A stretch of 60,898 bases of DNA from an uncultured Eubacteriales bacterium (GTDB taxonomy: Bacteria > Bacillota > Clostridia > Oscillospirales > Acutalibacteraceae). Location: contig CAKRRH010000009.1 of the NCBI GenBank assembly GCA_934394855.1, forward strand, positions 1-60,898, read 5' to 3'. The notes beneath the pieces were generated by a model that worked only from the letters and a program-made list of their open reading frames with translations, ran no database searches and was not told where the DNA came from. Below are positions 19,377-29,277 of this stretch, piece by piece. A program made the translations under genes and the position numbers. Within the stretch, counting starts at the first letter, position 1. Every line of letters begins with the position of its first letter.

Positions 19377-19961
19377 ATGACGGATAATCAGCGTAAAGTA
19401 TTTGATTTTTTGCGTGATCGTCTTCGGGATAATCTGCCGCCGACGGTGAGAGAAATTTGCGACGCAACCGGGATTCGTTCGACCTCGTCCGTTCACGGAA
19501 TTTTGAAAGCACTCGAAGACCAGGGGCTGATTGAGCGTGACAACCAAAACGCACGGTCAATACATATAGTCGGCGCAACCCCTGCGGTTCAGATTCCGAT
19601 AATCGGTCAGGTTCAGGCAGGAATGCCGGTGCTGGCTGTTGAGCAAATCGAAGGATACATTCCGTTTGCACCCCATTCTCTTTCAAGCGACAAAGAATAT
19701 TTTGCGCTGAGAGTTCGCGGAGAAAGCATGATAAACGCCGCGATTTTGGAGGGCGACATTGTTATTTGCGAACGCACGGGCGATGTTCGTGAGGGGCAGA
19801 TCGTTGTTGCGCTGATTGACGATGAAGCAACGGTCAAGCGGTTTTACCGTGAGAAAAACGGATTCAGACTTCAGCCCGAAAATGATGATTTTTCGCCGAT
19901 TTACTGCGCCGAGCTCACAATTTTGGGTCGTGTTGTCGCTTGCATTCGCAACTATGACTGA
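19377..19961 (+). CDS. lexA: LexA repressor
   Basis: Winged HTH N-domain, Ala-Gly cleavage site (VGATPAV...), S24 peptidase Ser (GESM) and Lys (VKRF). Confidence 0.9.
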   Translation: MTDNQRKVFDFLRDRLRDNLPPTVREICDATGIRSTSSVHGILKALEDQGLIERDNQNARSIHIVGATPAVQIPIIGQVQAGMPVLAVEQIEGYIPFAPHSLSSDKEYFALRVRGESMINAAILEGDIVICERTGDVREGQIVVALIDDEATVKRFYREKNGFRLQPENDDFSPIYCAELTILGRVVACIRNYD

Positions 19962-19983
19962 GCTATACATTATCACACAAACA

Positions 19984-20030
19984 TTAAAACCATGATTTAT
20001 GCCTAATTTGACATTAAATCATGGCTTTTT
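19984..20030. terminator. Bidirectional terminator between lexA and sleB
   Basis: aaaccatgatttatgcctaatttgacattaaatcatggcttttt. Confidence 0.7.
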
Positions 20031-20034
20031 TATA

Positions 20035-20697
20035 TTACTTACAAAAAACATGGTTGCCGATCGTCAAAATCACCGGACGGGATCTGATCCATGCGCTTTT
20101 TGCGGTTTTCGGGTTATAATAATAGATGGCTCCGCCAGACGGATCCCAACCGTTCAGCGCCGCAGTCGCCGCTTTATATGCGCTGTCCGCAACCGGCTGA
20201 TTGATGTTGCTGTCGGTCATGCAGCTGAATGCACCCGGCTGATAAACCACGCCCGCAATCGTGTCGGGAAACGATGAATGAGCCACTCGATTTAAAATAA
20301 CTGCACCGACTGCGACCTGCCCAGTATAGCTTTCGCCTCTTGCCTCGGCGCTTATCACTCTTGCAAGCAAATTATAGTCCGATGTGCCGCTGCTTGCGGT
20401 TTTTGTCGAGCTGATTCCGAGTGCGGCAAGCGTTTTCGGTCCTGCAATTCCGTCAATGCTCAGTCCGTTTTTCCGCTGAAAATATTTGACCGCTTCCTTT
20501 GTCGCCGTGCCGTATATTCCGTCAACCGAGCCTTCATAATAGCCCCATTTTTTCAAATTAGTCTGAATTTTCGTAACCTCTGAGCCTTTCGAGCCGACCT
20601 TTGAAAGCGCAGATATTTTAAACGCACCGGGAAGCGTCATGATAACGCTAAGCGCAAAGCAAATTATAATTTTAAATAAATTCTTGTGATTTTTCAT
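20035..20697 (-). CDS. sleB: Spore cortex-lytic enzyme SleB-like (PG-binding domain + hydrolase_2)
   Basis: Signal peptide, PG_binding_1 (EVTKIQTNLKKWGYY...IDGIAGPKT), then SleB catalytic domain (ARVISAEARGESY...GAVILNRV). Confidence 0.8.
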   Translation of the reverse strand: MKNHKNLFKIIICFALSVIMTLPGAFKISALSKVGSKGSEVTKIQTNLKKWGYYEGSVDGIYGTATKEAVKYFQRKNGLSIDGIAGPKTLAALGISSTKTASSGTSDYNLLARVISAEARGESYTGQVAVGAVILNRVAHSSFPDTIAGVVYQPGAFSCMTDSNINQPVADSAYKAATAALNGWDPSGGAIYYYNPKTAKSAWIRSRPVILTIGNHVFCK

Positions 20698-20848
20698 AAA
20701 ATAACCGCCTTTTTATCTCAGTTATTACGATTATTCCCGATTTTTGTTCAAATATTTATCAGAGTTACAAATTCGATTGACAAGGCGATTTGTTTGTTGT
20801 AAAATTATATTGCAGTAATTTAAAAAACTATTTGGGAGGATTTTTTAA

Positions 20849-21841
20849 ATGAGAATTTTGGTTACAGGCGGCACGGGTTACATCGGCTCACACACCTGCG
20901 TTGAGCTTTTAAATTCGGGCTATGATGTTACAATTATCGATAATCTGGTAAATTCATCGGCAGATGTTGTTGACAAGATCGAAACGATCACCGGCAAGCG
21001 CCCTGATTTTGTCGAGGCTGATTTGCGTGACAGAGAGGCACTTGAAGATCTTTTCAAAAACAATGATTTCTATGCGGTAATTCATTTTGCCGGACTTAAA
21101 GCGGTCGGCGAATCGGTTGCAAAGCCGTTGCTTTATTATAACAACAACATTATCGGCACGCTCGTTTTGCTTGAAACAATGCAAAAATATGGCTGCAAGA
21201 GAATCGTATTTTCATCTTCCGCTACCGTTTACGGTGCTCCGAAGACTGTTCCGATCACCGAAGATTTTCCGCTTTCGACCACCAACCCCTATGGTTCGAC
21301 AAAGCTTTACATCGAAGGCATTTTAAAAGACCTTTACAAAGCAGATAAAGAATTTTCCGTAATGCTTCTTCGCTATTTCAACCCGATCGGCGCTCATGAA
21401 AGCGGTTTGCTCGGTGAAAAGCCAAACGGCATTCCGAACAATCTCATGCCGAGAATGATTCGTGTTGCCCGTGGTGAGGACGACGCAATCACAATCTTCG
21501 GCCGTGACTATCCGACTCATGACGGCACAGGCGTTCGTGACTACATTCATGTTGTTGACCTTGCAAAAGGTCACATCAGCTCGCTCAAACACATGGAAAA
21601 ACCGGGTGTAAACATTTACAACCTCGGCACCGGAATCGGCTATTCGGTTTTGGATCTTGTAAATACATTTAACAAGGTCAACGGTCTTAACATCAAGACA
21701 ATCGACTGCCCGCGCAGACCCGGCGATGTTGCCGCTTGCTATGCGGATCCCGGAAAGGCATATGAAGAGCTCGGCTGGAAGGCTGAACTCGGAATTGATG
21801 AAATGTGCCGCTCATCTTGGAAGTTCTCCGAAAATTATTGA
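20849..21841 (+). CDS. galE: UDP-glucose 4-epimerase
   Basis: MRILVTGGTGYIGSHT Rossmann; YxxxK; full GalE length. Confidence 0.9.
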   Translation: MRILVTGGTGYIGSHTCVELLNSGYDVTIIDNLVNSSADVVDKIETITGKRPDFVEADLRDREALEDLFKNNDFYAVIHFAGLKAVGESVAKPLLYYNNNIIGTLVLLETMQKYGCKRIVFSSSATVYGAPKTVPITEDFPLSTTNPYGSTKLYIEGILKDLYKADKEFSVMLLRYFNPIGAHESGLLGEKPNGIPNNLMPRMIRVARGEDDAITIFGRDYPTHDGTGVRDYIHVVDLAKGHISSLKHMEKPGVNIYNLGTGIGYSVLDLVNTFNKVNGLNIKTIDCPRRPGDVAACYADPGKAYEELGWKAELGIDEMCRSSWKFSENY

Positions 21842-21856
21842 TAAAATATGCATAAT

Positions 21857-21901
21857 AAAACACCGTTTGCAATATTCAAACTGCAAGCGGTGTTATTTTT
21901 T
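21857..21901. terminator. Bidirectional terminator
   Basis: aaaacaccgtttgcaatattcaaactgcaagcggtgttattttttatt. Confidence 0.7.
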
Positions 21902-22550
21902 ATTCAATTTCGGCGTTTGTCGAATAGATTATCAAAAGCGAGCCGTCTTTTACCGATATTGTCGCACGCTCTCCGATAAATTCATTGCTTACGCCAAGCG
22001 GATAGTTGTTTGTCATTGTGTAATTGTCAAGAGTATATTTTAGCCCCGACTCCGACACTCCGAGTGCCCTGTCGTTTAAGGAAAATACCGAAACAAATCC
22101 GACGGACGAAGAATCAAACGAAATTTTGCCGTTATGAAGCACCGTCAGCACCTCATTATCTCCGACAAGACTACACTTAACGCCTCGCTCAGCCATCTCA
22201 GCCATCATCTGAATGTTAGCGATAGTGTGAGATGTTCTGCCGCCGAGTCCGCCATAAACCAAAAATGATTTATAACCCTGCTCTTCACCATATTCAACCG
22301 CTCTCATCGTGTCGGTTATATCTTTAATCGGGTTTAGCTTAATGATGTTGTCGCGGTCGGTCGGCATTGACGACGAATCAAAATCTCCGATCAGCATATC
22401 GGGCACAATTCCGTAATTATTAAGCGTAATCTGACCGCCGTCTGCGGCGATTATAATGTCGTTTTCACCTTTTTTCAGGCGCAAGCTGTTGATCTCAGCC
22501 GCTCCGACAATATGACATATGCCGTTGTTTTTCTCACTCATAAAAATCAC
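21900..22550 (-). CDS. Thiamine pyrophosphokinase
   Basis: TPK catalytic motif IGDFDS and B1-binding C-domain. Confidence 0.75.
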   Translation of the reverse strand: MIFMSEKNNGICHIVGAAEINSLRLKKGENDIIIAADGGQITLNNYGIVPDMLIGDFDSSSMPTDRDNIIKLNPIKDITDTMRAVEYGEEQGYKSFLVYGGLGGRTSHTIANIQMMAEMAERGVKCSLVGDNEVLTVLHNGKISFDSSSVGFVSVFSLNDRALGVSESGLKYTLDNYTMTNNYPLGVSNEFIGERATISVKDGSLLIIYSTNAEIE

Positions 22551-23965
22551 ATTCCAAGCAATTCATGAAGCAGTTTTGTTGCAAGTCTTGCGTCCGCCTT
22601 GCCTCGTGTCAGCTTCATTACACCGCCGACAAGTGCGCCGAATGCCGCAGTTTTGCCGCCTTTGATGTCGTTTACGACCTTTTCATTTGAGGCAATTACC
22701 TGCTCGCAGATGCCTTTAAGTTCCGACTCGTCAACTCCGCCGAGGTCTGATTTATCAATCAATTCATCGGGAGTTTTGCCGCTTTCAAGCATTTTTTCAA
22801 GTGTGGATTTCGCAAGGTTATTGTTTATCTTGCCCTCTTCGAGCAATTTTATAAGCGAAACAAGGCTTTCCGCCGAAATTTTCACATCAAAAGCCTCTTT
22901 GTCACTCTCTGTCGGAAGCTTTCTGAAAATTTGAGTAATGATGAAATTAGCAACCGTTTTCGGCTTATTGACATTCTTTGCAACTTCATCCATAAACTCT
23001 GCAACCTTGCGATATTTCACAATGATTGCGGCGTCAGTTTCGGACAAACCATATTCATTAACATATCGGTCAAATTTTGCGTCGGGCAGTTCGGGAAGCT
23101 CATTTCTGATTTCCTCAACACGCTCACGCTCCGTTTTGATTGTGACAAGGTCAGGCTCACGGAAATAGCGATAATCATGAGCGTCCTCTTTAGAACGCAT
23201 TGACGCTGTTTCGCCCGTTTCGGTATCAAAACGCAATGTTTCCTGAACAACTTCTTCGCCGCTCTCGATCAAATCGATCTGACGGTCATATTCATATTGC
23301 ATTGCCTGTCGAATGAAGGTGAACGAATTCATATTCTTGATCTCGGTTCGAGTGCCGAATTTATCCGAGCCCTTTTCTCTTACCGAAATGTTTACATCAC
23401 ATCTGAGCGAGCCTTCCTGCATTTTGCAGTCGGAAACGCCGATATATTTCATGATAAGCTGAAGCTTTTCGACATATTCGATTGCTTCGTCAATGCTGCG
23501 AATATCCGGCTCGGAAACAATTTCGATCAGCGGAACGCCGCCACGGTTATAATCGACATAGGTGTTGCCTTTTTCATGAACCAGCTTGCCTGCGTCCTCT
23601 TCAATGTGGATTCTTAGGATTCTGATTTTTCTGCCGTTCGATAACTGAATGTATCCGTTTTGGCAAAGCGGTTTATCATATTGCGAAATCTGATATGCCT
23701 TCGGCAAATCGGGATATACATAGTTCTTGCGGTCCATTTTTGCGATCTCGGCGATTTCACAATGCGTTGCAAGACCGGCTTTGATTGCAAAATGAACTAC
23801 CTCTTTGTTAAGAAGCGGCATTGTTCCCGGAAGACCAATGCAGATCGGGCAGCAATGAGTATTTGGTTCAGAGCCGAACTGCGTGGTACACGGACAGAAT
23901 ATTTTTGATTTTGTTGACAACTCAACATGAGTTTCAAAGCCCGATACAAGCTCATATTCTCTCAT
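22547..23965 (-). CDS. gatB: Asp-tRNA(Asn)/Glu-tRNA(Gln) amidotransferase subunit B
   Basis: Full-length GatB; CPC..CPICIG zinc motif; operon with gatA/gatC. Confidence 0.95.
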   Translation of the reverse strand: MREYELVSGFETHVELSTKSKIFCPCTTQFGSEPNTHCCPICIGLPGTMPLLNKEVVHFAIKAGLATHCEIAEIAKMDRKNYVYPDLPKAYQISQYDKPLCQNGYIQLSNGRKIRILRIHIEEDAGKLVHEKGNTYVDYNRGGVPLIEIVSEPDIRSIDEAIEYVEKLQLIMKYIGVSDCKMQEGSLRCDVNISVREKGSDKFGTRTEIKNMNSFTFIRQAMQYEYDRQIDLIESGEEVVQETLRFDTETGETASMRSKEDAHDYRYFREPDLVTIKTERERVEEIRNELPELPDAKFDRYVNEYGLSETDAAIIVKYRKVAEFMDEVAKNVNKPKTVANFIITQIFRKLPTESDKEAFDVKISAESLVSLIKLLEEGKINNNLAKSTLEKMLESGKTPDELIDKSDLGGVDESELKGICEQVIASNEKVVNDIKGGKTAAFGALVGGVMKLTRGKADARLATKLLHELLGM

Positions 23966-25422
23966 TACAGTTCAACTCCTCTCTCAACCTTAATAAATTT
24001 ATCAGTTGCCTGCTCATATTTATTTGCGATGTTCAAAAGCCTTGCTTCGCCGAATGTATTTCCGATTAGCTGCATTCCGATCGGAAGTCCGTCAGCACCG
24101 ACTCCGCACGGAATCGAAATTCCCGGCAAGCCGGCAATGTTCAGCGGAACTGTGCAAATATCGGTCAAATATGTTTCGACTGCGTCTTTTGAAGTAAAAC
24201 CGTTCTCAAATGCGGTCATCGGAACGGTCGGCGCCAAAAGCACGTCACATTCGCTGAGTGCGTTTCTGAACGCCTTGACGATCGTGCCTCTCATGTTCTG
24301 TGCCTTTTTGTAATAAGCGTCATAATAACCCGACGACAAAACATAAGTGCCGAGCAAAATTCTGCGTTTAACCTCTTCGCCAAAGCCCTCCGAGCGTGTT
24401 TTGCACGCCATTTCATGGAACGAACGGAAGCTTTCGGTGCGATAGCCATAGCGCACGCCGTCATATCTTCCGAGGTTTGAAGAAGCCTCTGCGCAAGCAA
24501 GAATGTAGTAAACGGGGAGCGCATATTTGATTATCGGCATATCAAAATATTTGATTTTTGCGCCGAGCTTTTCATATTGCTTGATTGCGTCTTCCAAAGC
24601 CGCTTTGACATCATCACGCACGCCGTCGAAATATTCCTTTGCAACGCCGATCGTAACTCCGTTTATACCATCATCAAGCTTATCAAAGGTGGTTTCCTTT
24701 GCACCGCTTGAGGTTTGGTCCATTTTGTCCTTTTTTGCAATTGCGTCAAACACGATCGAAGCGTCACGAACCGAAGTGGTGATTGGACCGATCTGGTCAA
24801 GGCTTGACGCATAGGCGATAAGTCCGAAACGGGATACTGCGCCATAGGTCGGCTTGAATCCGACAATACCGCAAAATGCGGCAGGCTGACGAATTGATCC
24901 GCCGGTGTCCGAACCTAGCGCAAATGCCGCAATGTTGCCGCCGACAGCCGACGCGCCGCCGCCCGAGGAGCCGCCTGCAACATGACCGATGTCATGAGGA
25001 TTTTTTGCGCCGCCGAAAATTGATGTTTCACACGACGAACCCATTGCAAATTCGTCCATGTTGGTTTTGCCGAGACAAACACTGCCCTCGTTTTTGAGAA
25101 TGTTCCAAACGGTAGCGTCATAGATCGGCTTATAACCCTGAAGTATCTTTGAACAGCAGGTGGTTTCGATTCCGTTTGTGGATATATTATCCTTCAAAGT
25201 CATCGGAACGCCCGCAAGCAAGCCGATTTCTTCGCCTTTTGCGATTTTTTCATCAACCGCTTTTGCTTCTGAAATCGCCGAATCCGCAGTCACTCTGATA
25301 TATGCGTTTAAATCTTTGTTCTCTTTTTCGATTGCGTCAAGATATTTCTGTGTAAGCTCAACGCTTGATATTTGCTTTGAGGTAAGCAAATCATGTATTT
25401 TCAAAATCTTTGATTCAGACAT
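23965..25422 (-). CDS. gatA: Glu/Asp-tRNA amidotransferase subunit A (amidase signature)
   Basis: GGSSGGGASAV amidase signature; ATGA overlap with gatB. Confidence 0.95.
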   Translation of the reverse strand: MSESKILKIHDLLTSKQISSVELTQKYLDAIEKENKDLNAYIRVTADSAISEAKAVDEKIAKGEEIGLLAGVPMTLKDNISTNGIETTCCSKILQGYKPIYDATVWNILKNEGSVCLGKTNMDEFAMGSSCETSIFGGAKNPHDIGHVAGGSSGGGASAVGGNIAAFALGSDTGGSIRQPAAFCGIVGFKPTYGAVSRFGLIAYASSLDQIGPITTSVRDASIVFDAIAKKDKMDQTSSGAKETTFDKLDDGINGVTIGVAKEYFDGVRDDVKAALEDAIKQYEKLGAKIKYFDMPIIKYALPVYYILACAEASSNLGRYDGVRYGYRTESFRSFHEMACKTRSEGFGEEVKRRILLGTYVLSSGYYDAYYKKAQNMRGTIVKAFRNALSECDVLLAPTVPMTAFENGFTSKDAVETYLTDICTVPLNIAGLPGISIPCGVGADGLPIGMQLIGNTFGEARLLNIANKYEQATDKFIKVERGVEL

Positions 25423-25448
25423 AATTTATCGTTCGACTCCTTTCCCGA

Positions 25449-25727
25449 TTACAGCTTCATTTTGACAGGAAAATAGCCGTCATGTCCGCCGTCAACATTT
25501 TTAAGAATTTCCTCAACCGGATAGCTCTCTTTTACAACATCATCACGAAGCACATTTGACAAATCATTGATATTGTCAAACTCGTCCTGCTCACCCTCAT
25601 AGGCGTTGATGGTGTCGGCAAATTCGACGATCTGCGACATCTGACCAGTCAGCTCGTCAAGCTTGTCTTCATCTATTTCAAGTTTTGATAATATGGCAAG
25701 ATCCCTGATTTCATCTTTTGTAACCAT
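25449..25727 (-). CDS. gatC: Glu/Asp-tRNA amidotransferase subunit C
   Basis: MVTKDEIRDLAILSKLEIDEDKLDEL; start moved in from the track's 5' extension. Confidence 0.85.
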   Translation of the reverse strand: MVTKDEIRDLAILSKLEIDEDKLDELTGQMSQIVEFADTINAYEGEQDEFDNINDLSNVLRDDVVKESYPVEEILKNVDGGHDGYFPVKMKL

Positions 25728-25885
25728 TATAACTCTCCTTTTCGGTTTAATTGAAAATTCCTTTGTATTCGGGTTTTCGGAGCATATTTTAAAAGATTTC
25801 AGATATATGCATCGCAAACAGCCGCAGTATAAAATGCTGAAAATGTAATTGGCATTAAAATATGGCTGCCGCTAAAATCGGTCTT

Positions 25886-25954
25886 TACAAAAATAACCGC
25901 TCTTAAAAACTGCCCCTAAAAATAACTGTCCTTAAAAAATAACTGCCCCTTTTG
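25886..25954. repeat. Four degenerate tandem copies of ~15-bp unit AAAAATAACYGYCCYT
   Basis: aaaaataaccgctctt / aaaaactgcccct / aaaaataactgtcctt / aaaaaataactgcccctttt read directly. Confidence 0.6.
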
Positions 25955-25999
25955 TATGGCTATATCCCCGCTGAAATCAGCAGGGATATTTTGTTTAAA

Positions 26000-27739
26000 T
26001 TATCTTAATTTAATGTGAACCTCACGAAGCTGCTGCTCGGTAACTTCGCCCGGTGCGCCCATCAGCAAATCCTGTGCGTTTGCGTTCATCGGGAATGCAA
26101 TTACCTCTCTGATCGACTCTTCGTCGAGCATGAGCATGATCATACGGTCGATGCCGATTGCCATTCCGGCATGAGGCGGAGCGCCATATTTGAATGCATG
26201 ATAAAGCGAGGTGAATTTTGTTTTGAGGTCTTCCTCGGTGTAGCCTGCCATTTCAAATGCTTTAAGCATTATGTTAATGTCATGGTTTCTCACAGCGCCC
26301 GACACAAGCTCAACGCCGTTGCAGACAATGTCATATTGATATGCCAAAATGTCTGTCGGATTTTGGTTGTTAAGTGCGTCAAGACCGCCTTGCGGCATTG
26401 AGAACGGGTTGTGTGTGAAAATGAGCTTGCCTGTTTCTTCGTCTTCCTCATACATCGGGAAATCAACAATGTAGCAAATTTCAAATGTATCGGAAAGCAG
26501 CTCAAGGCGTTTGCCGAGCTCGTCACGAATCTGACCCGCAAGCTTCGGTGCCGCAGAATATGAATCTGCAATGAAGAACAAAACATCGCCTGTTTTGAGA
26601 TTTGCACGACTGCGAAGTTCTTCACGCTGTTCGTCACTTAAAAATTTATCAATCGGGCCCTTATAGCTTCCGTCCTCAAGGACATTGATGTAGCCAAGAC
26701 CTTTCATGCCGATTTCGGTAGCAAATTTGAGCATTTTCTCAAAGAATCCCTTTGAGCAGCTGCCGGCAGGTGCATTGATCGCACGAACGCATTTCTTTCT
26801 GAACGGTGCAAACTCGGTTTCAACAAACATATCCGAAATGTCGATTATTTCGAGCGGATTGCGAAGATCGGGCTTGTCTGTGCCATATTTGATCATTGCC
26901 TCTCTGTAAGGAATGCTCTTGAATTCCTTTGAAACAGGCTTGTCTGTGAACTTTTCGAAGCACTCATACATTACTTCATGAGCAACCTTTAAAACATCTT
27001 CCTGAGTTGCAAATGCCATTTCAAGGTCGAGCTGATAAAACTCGCCCGGTGTGCGGTCGGCTCTTGCGTCCTCATCACGGAAGCACGGAGCTACCTGAAA
27101 ATATCTGTCAAAACCCGACACCATCAAAAGCTGTTTAAAAATCTGCGGTGCCTGCGGCAATGCGTAGAACTTACCCTTATGTTTGCGTGACGGAATCAAA
27201 TAGTCACGAGCGCCCTCGGGCGATGACGCTGACAAAATCGGAGTCTGAATATCCAAAAATCCGAGTGATGTCATCTTATCACGCAAAAATGCGATTACCT
27301 TTGAACGGAACACAATGTTATCATGAACCTTGCGGTTACGCAAGTCAAGAAAACGATATTGCAAGCGGACATCTTCACGAACCGATTTAGACGAAGCAAC
27401 TTCAAACGGCAGCTCATTCATCGCTTTGCCGAGAACGACAAGGCTTTCTGCCTTGACTTCAATCGTGCCTGTTTCGATTTTCGGATTATAGGTTTCCTCA
27501 TCACGGCGAACGACCTTGCCGCTGATTGAAACGGCACTTTCTTTCGGAACGCCCTTGATCATGTTTTCATCTTTCATTACGATCTGGGTAGTGCCATATT
27601 GATCACGCAGATCCACAAACAAAATTCCGCCGTGATCTCTGATGTTTTCAACCCAGCCTGCAAGTCTTACTTCTTTATCTATATCGCTTTCACGCAATTC
27701 GCCGCATGAATGGGTGCGGTATTCATTTACCGATATCAT
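26000..27739 (-). CDS. aspS: Aspartate--tRNA ligase
   Basis: OB anticodon-binding domain, class II motifs; 579 aa. Confidence 0.95.
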   Translation of the reverse strand: MISVNEYRTHSCGELRESDIDKEVRLAGWVENIRDHGGILFVDLRDQYGTTQIVMKDENMIKGVPKESAVSISGKVVRRDEETYNPKIETGTIEVKAESLVVLGKAMNELPFEVASSKSVREDVRLQYRFLDLRNRKVHDNIVFRSKVIAFLRDKMTSLGFLDIQTPILSASSPEGARDYLIPSRKHKGKFYALPQAPQIFKQLLMVSGFDRYFQVAPCFRDEDARADRTPGEFYQLDLEMAFATQEDVLKVAHEVMYECFEKFTDKPVSKEFKSIPYREAMIKYGTDKPDLRNPLEIIDISDMFVETEFAPFRKKCVRAINAPAGSCSKGFFEKMLKFATEIGMKGLGYINVLEDGSYKGPIDKFLSDEQREELRSRANLKTGDVLFFIADSYSAAPKLAGQIRDELGKRLELLSDTFEICYIVDFPMYEEDEETGKLIFTHNPFSMPQGGLDALNNQNPTDILAYQYDIVCNGVELVSGAVRNHDINIMLKAFEMAGYTEEDLKTKFTSLYHAFKYGAPPHAGMAIGIDRMIMLMLDEESIREVIAFPMNANAQDLLMGAPGEVTEQQLREVHIKLR

Positions 27740-27903
27740 TTGTTTTCCTCATTTCTCTGCCATAGGCTAAATCGGGAATATTCCGCAATGAACGCAATTT
27801 CCACCATAATTACAGTTTATTTTATCACAATTTCACTTCAATTACAATAATATTTACTCAAAAAATGCATATTTTTCTCATAAATCAGCCTTATTTCAGA
27901 CAA

Positions 27904-29205
27904 TTATTCATCATTATTTGCACTCGGCTCCAATTTATAGAGCACATCGGCACTTTTTTCGCCGGAATAAAGTCCGGTCATTGAAAACGCAAGAAGCGAA
28001 AAAACAGACGTTTGAAGTCCGACAATTTCGCAATCGACCATTCCGTTGACGGCGATTGAAACGATTATTCCGCAAAGCAGGGCAAAATGCGGATTGTTTG
28101 TCGCGTAGCCGCAGTTTTTGAAAAGCAGAAGCCATTTTTTCAAGATGTAACCCGCAAGAATCAGCGAGCCGACAAGCCCATAATTATAGAGTGAATCGAG
28201 AATTATGTTATGAGCGTGCATTTTCCAGCCAAAATGCTTTCCCGTGAAGAGAATGTCAAATCCCTCTCTTGCAAAATGCTCCATGAATTTATGGTCGGAT
28301 TTCATCGAATCGTTTAACACGCCGAGCAGTCCGTGACCGAAAACGGGTCTGTCGAAAATGCCCCTGATTGCCATTTCCCAATAGGGTTTTCTTCCGTCGT
28401 AAGACACATCGATCTTGTCAAGTCTAAGTCCTGCAAATATATTGATATTCGGGAAGAAATACATCAGCAGTCCGAGCACCGCAACAAATGCGGAAAAGAT
28501 TCCGAGCAGCTTATATTCCCGTTTAAGCAGCAATATTATGAACAAACCCGAAAGCAAGCCTGCCCAGGGCATTCTGCCGCCCGATAAAATCATGCTCAGC
28601 GAATTAAGAAGTAGCGCCGGAATATATATTCTGCGGTATTTTGAAACGGTTATGATTCTGTATGTGCAAAACAGCAGCGCAAAAACGATAAAATATGAGT
28701 AATAAAGCGGATTTATGAAGGTAGATGAACAACGATATTCTTCATCCGCAAGCCGCCCGATCAAATATTCCGGAATGCTGTAAAGCGAAGCGATTATGCT
28801 GTATCCGATGAATATTGTAACCATATCTTCAAACGATTTTCGGGTTATATGCTGCATGAAATAGGTCATGCAAACACTTGCCGCAAAAACAAACGCAAGC
28901 GCCAGCAAACCGAGAAAATTCCGGCATATAACCGCAATCACGGCATTCAGAGCTAAAAAGAAAAACATCGGCTTATTTGAGCCGGTTCTGAAAATGTCCG
29001 CCGCAGCGTCCTTTCTGCACAGCAAATAGACGCCGATCGCAAATGTGCCGATAACCGAGGTAATCATGTTGGCAAAACACAAAACCAGCAATATGAATAT
29101 TGCTCTGAGCTCGTTGTCATATGTCCTCATTCGGGTAAAAAATCCGACTGCTGAAGCTTTTATAAACTGAAGAAAGGGGCTTTTTGCCGCTTTGCTTTCG
29201 CTCAT
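27904..29205 (-). CDS. Polytopic membrane protein, O-antigen ligase/Wzy-like
   Basis: About 10-12 TM helices with large loop; weak family call. Confidence 0.45.
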   Translation of the reverse strand: MSESKAAKSPFLQFIKASAVGFFTRMRTYDNELRAIFILLVLCFANMITSVIGTFAIGVYLLCRKDAAADIFRTGSNKPMFFFLALNAVIAVICRNFLGLLALAFVFAASVCMTYFMQHITRKSFEDMVTIFIGYSIIASLYSIPEYLIGRLADEEYRCSSTFINPLYYSYFIVFALLFCTYRIITVSKYRRIYIPALLLNSLSMILSGGRMPWAGLLSGLFIILLLKREYKLLGIFSAFVAVLGLLMYFFPNINIFAGLRLDKIDVSYDGRKPYWEMAIRGIFDRPVFGHGLLGVLNDSMKSDHKFMEHFAREGFDILFTGKHFGWKMHAHNIILDSLYNYGLVGSLILAGYILKKWLLLFKNCGYATNNPHFALLCGIIVSIAVNGMVDCEIVGLQTSVFSLLAFSMTGLYSGEKSADVLYKLEPSANNDE

Positions 29206-29222
29206 ATTCTGACTCCTTTAAA

Positions 29223-29262
29223 GCAACTATAAAAGGGGCGGATAAACTCCCCGCCCCTTTTG
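29223..29262. terminator. Bidirectional terminator
   Basis: aaaaggggcggataaactccccgccccttttgcttttt. Confidence 0.8.
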
Positions 29263-29277
29263 CTTTTTAATATTGGT

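Noticed and set aside
25886-25954. CRISPR array
   Set aside because: Repeats are ~15 bp, degenerate, directly abutting with no spacers. No cas genes are in the window.
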